Assembly (NCBI RefSeq): GCF_006345805.1
Contig: NW_021829397.1
Coordinates: 1-6,305, forward strand
Direction of reading: 5' to 3'
Length of the DNA: 6,305 nucleotides
Origin: Octopus sinensis
Lineage: Eukaryota
Part shown: positions 6,064 through 6,305 of the stretch, in pieces
Layout: every line of letters begins with the position of its first letter
Numbering within the stretch: position 1 is the first letter of the stretch
Notes under the pieces: model-generated
Seen by the model: only the letters and a program-made list of their open reading frames with translations
What the model was told of the DNA's origin: nothing
The model's database searches: none
Made by a program: the position numbers and the translations under genes

Positions 6064-6305
6064 GTCGGCGATCTGGCAGGATCCTTAGCACACCGGGCGA
6101 AATGCTTAGCGGTATTTATCTGCTGTTACATTCCGAGTTTAAATTCCGCCGGGATCGACTTTGCCTTTCAATCCTTTCAGATTGATAAATTAATAACTTA
6201 AGTACGAGTACGCATTAGGGTCGATGTAATCGAGTTGACCCCTTCCTCCCAAATATGAAAATATGGATTTGTGTTTCACGTACAAAGGAGTACGGTTATT
6301 ATTGT
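6064..6305 (+). mobile_element. tRNA-derived SINE, copy 3, near full length; (ATT)-type tail starts at the window end
   Basis: GTCGGCGATCTGGCAGGATCC (A-box-like 6074-6084), B-box variant GAGTTTAAATTCC (6135-6147), core GATCGACTTTGCCTTTCAATCCTTTCAGATTGATAAATT, body ending ~AAAGGA (6289), then ..TTATTATTG. Reverse-complement homolog of SINE1 and SINE2. Confidence 0.88.

Noticed and set aside
693-6147. A/B-box sequences as functional tRNA genes
   Set aside because: No intact cloverleaf, three mutually diverged copies, each followed by a shared core and a simple-repeat tail: these are SINEs.
5704-6185. ORFs 5704..6054 and 5748..6185 (also 3192..3422) with poly-Tyr/Ile/Leu, superficially membrane proteins
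   Set aside because: Antisense to the LINE ORF and running through (ATT)n; artefacts of the repeat.

Overview
AT-rich eukaryotic (animal) DNA made almost entirely of repeats, with no host gene visible. The SINE family and the abundant (AAT)n tracts look like an octopus/coleoid cephalopod genome; this is an inference from recognition, not verified. The window is a retroelement nest built on trinucleotide microsatellites. It holds three decayed non-LTR retrotransposons with a C-terminal CCHC zinc knuckle and restriction-like endonuclease (RLE), most like the R4/Dong clade: copy A 1-636 (+, 3' end only, runs off the window), copy B 1316-3252 (-, older, a second family) and copy C 3346-5904 (-, same family as A, catalytic motifs intact). 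B and C retain the RT domain. It also holds three copies of one tRNA-derived SINE (693-894 -, 1084-1277 -, 6064-6305 +). Every LINE end visible in the window abuts a (TAA)n tract read on the LINE sense strand, whereas the SINE tails are (ATT)n, the opposite polarity. I see no new class of system. The points most worth following are the strict microsatellite targeting and polarity, LINE and SINE sharing one tract tail-to-tail, a candidate 3'UTR pseudoknot, a microhomology-bounded deletion, and a possibly near-intact copy C.
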